This document shows, piece after piece, positions 62,509-64,000 of a DNA stretch of 64,000 nucleotides; position 1 is the stretch's first letter, and the number at the start of each line of letters is the position of its first letter. The notes below the pieces were generated by a model that saw nothing but the letters and a program-made list of their open reading frames with translations, had not been told where the DNA came from and ran no database searches. Both the position numbers and the translations under genes were made by a program. The DNA comes from Candidatus Yanofskybacteria bacterium RIFCSPHIGHO2_01_FULL_41_21 (lineage in GTDB: Bacteria; Patescibacteriota; Minisyncoccia; 2-02-FULL-40-12; GWA2-44-9), in NCBI GenBank assembly GCA_001794025.1, contig MGJA01000007.1, positions 219 to 64,218 on the forward strand, in the 5' to 3' direction.

Positions 62509-63973
62509 CAATCAAACTTTCCGATTTTTGCCCGACCGATTCGGCCGCGCGAAGCGCGGAAAGGTATGGAAGCACTGGCTCGCCGCGCACGGCGCGGCTC
62601 GCCAAGCGCAGGTTCGAGCCAAAGATTTCTTTGGCAGCAACCTTCTTCGCAAGAAGGTTGCTATCCCTTGCGATTTTGACGAGGGTTAAAGCGACTTTTA
62701 TCCAGTTTTGGAACGGTTCGAGCCAATCATTCTGCTTTTGTTCAATCCGCGCCATTTTCTCCTCCAGCGACTTCTTTTCCAAAAGGAGTTTTGTTTTTTG
62801 TTCGCGGTAGATTTCTCGCTCAATGTCCTGCTCTAAATAGCCGTCCAGAAGTCGCTGGAGCTTCGTTTGTATGGCGCGGATTTTGATTTGAGATTCAAGA
62901 ACAAAAGCAGAAACGGATTGGGCGGATACCGCTTTGTCTTTTTCTGCCATTGCTAACAATTTTTCCGCCCAATCCGGTCGCAAAGAAACTTTTTGAATAA
63001 GAGATGATAACTGCCGATCCAATTCTTCCTCGCGGGCATAAGGTTGAGAACATTTGATTTTCTTTTTGGTACAGCGGTAGTAAATATGTCCTTTCTGTTT
63101 TTCGGCAGTTATCATCATCCCGCACTCGGCGCAAGAGATAAGGCCGCAAAATGCTTGCGGTTCATTCTTTTGCTTATACCTCGGCTTTCCTCGTTGGTGT
63201 AAAATCTCTTGCGCCATATCAAAAAGTTTCTTTGTGATGATTGGCTCGTACTTTCCTTCGTGGAGTTCACCGCCATATTTGAATAATCCGGTGTAGAACG
63301 GATTGGAAAGGATAAAAGTCGCCCTCGTCTTGTGGATTCTCTTTCCGCCGCGGGAGAATATCCCGCGTTGCGCCAAAAAGTTTGAAATATCCTCTAACCG
63401 CGAATTTCCTTTTGCGTACAGCTCAAACGCTTGGCGAATAATCCGAGCTTTCTTGCGGTCAACAACGATAGATTTAGTTCGTACATCATTTATGTAGCCG
63501 ATAGGCGCAACGCTCGGATATTCGCCCCGTCTCACTTTTTGGCGCAAACCACGCTTCGTGTTTTCGGAAAGAGAATCCACATAGTATTTGCTTTGCCCAA
63601 AAGCGATATTCAACATAAATTTTCCTTGCGGCGTTGGCTCAAACCAGAATTGAGGGAATTTCAACGCTGCAATATGCCCGCAATCAATGAGATAAATGAT
63701 TTGTCCACCATCTACAGAATTGCGCGCCAATCTGTCCGGATGCCAAGCCAAAATTCCGTCCGCCTCGCCATGTTCAATTCTTTTCAGCATTTTGCCAAAT
63801 ATCGGACGGCCCGGAATTTTGGCTGATTGTTTCTCTACAAATTCCTCTACCATATAGAGATTATTTTGCTTGGCAAAAGCGCGCAATTCTGTGATCTGCG
63901 CTTCAATACTCAAAACTTGTTTATCCTCAACATCTGTTGATTTGCGGGCGTAGAGAAAAAATTTGTTGTTCAT
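62468..63973 (-). CDS. Large serine recombinase (integrase)
   Basis: YARKST, DRLARN, APIGY recombinase domain, zinc ribbon CAECG..YYRC, coiled coil. Confidence 0.94.
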   Translation of the reverse strand: MNNKFFLYARKSTDVEDKQVLSIEAQITELRAFAKQNNLYMVEEFVEKQSAKIPGRPIFGKMLKRIEHGEADGILAWHPDRLARNSVDGGQIIYLIDCGHIAALKFPQFWFEPTPQGKFMLNIAFGQSKYYVDSLSENTKRGLRQKVRRGEYPSVAPIGYINDVRTKSIVVDRKKARIIRQAFELYAKGNSRLEDISNFLAQRGIFSRGGKRIHKTRATFILSNPFYTGLFKYGGELHEGKYEPIITKKLFDMAQEILHQRGKPRYKQKNEPQAFCGLISCAECGMMITAEKQKGHIYYRCTKKKIKCSQPYAREEELDRQLSSLIQKVSLRPDWAEKLLAMAEKDKAVSAQSVSAFVLESQIKIRAIQTKLQRLLDGYLEQDIEREIYREQKTKLLLEKKSLEEKMARIEQKQNDWLEPFQNWIKVALTLVKIARDSNLLAKKVAAKEIFGSNLRLASRAVRGEPVLPYLSALRAAESVGQKSESLIVVPSVGIEPTSIP

Positions 63974-64000
63974 AAATTTATGTTGTTAGTTTTTAATTGG

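Overview
This is a chromosomal window from a small-genome bacterium. Gene content and protein style suggest Patescibacteria/CPR, Parcubacteria-like (inference). The backbone is housekeeping genes (recG, holA, mutM, polA, tsaE, comM, pnp, rpsO, infB, ligA, gatCA), a complete comF/pilMNO-pilB-pilT-pilC-pilin-pilD type IV pilus cluster and nine intact tRNAs. Main points: (1) A complete diversity-generating retroelement at 56.7-59.4 kb. Its 121-bp TR and VR differ at 22 positions, all TR adenines. Its avd gene is antisense and appears frameshifted at a C11 tract, a candidate ON/OFF switch. (2) Many miniature palindromic or inverted-repeat insertions at start codons, prepilin G-F-T codons, inside conserved proteins and at TG^CA sites of tRNA-Cys copies. 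Two small solo GIY-YIG nuclease genes accompany them, one enclosed by perfect 21-bp inverted repeats; together they may be an undescribed nuclease-driven mobile-element system. (3) A LAGLIDADG intein next to the catalytic motif of a Xer recombinase. (4) Rare anticodons: Ser-ACU and Arg-GCG. (5) A 1966-aa secreted protein ending in a GH94-like domain. (6) A large serine recombinase whose C-terminus is encoded antisense within tRNA-Arg. All calls were made by eye, with no database searches.
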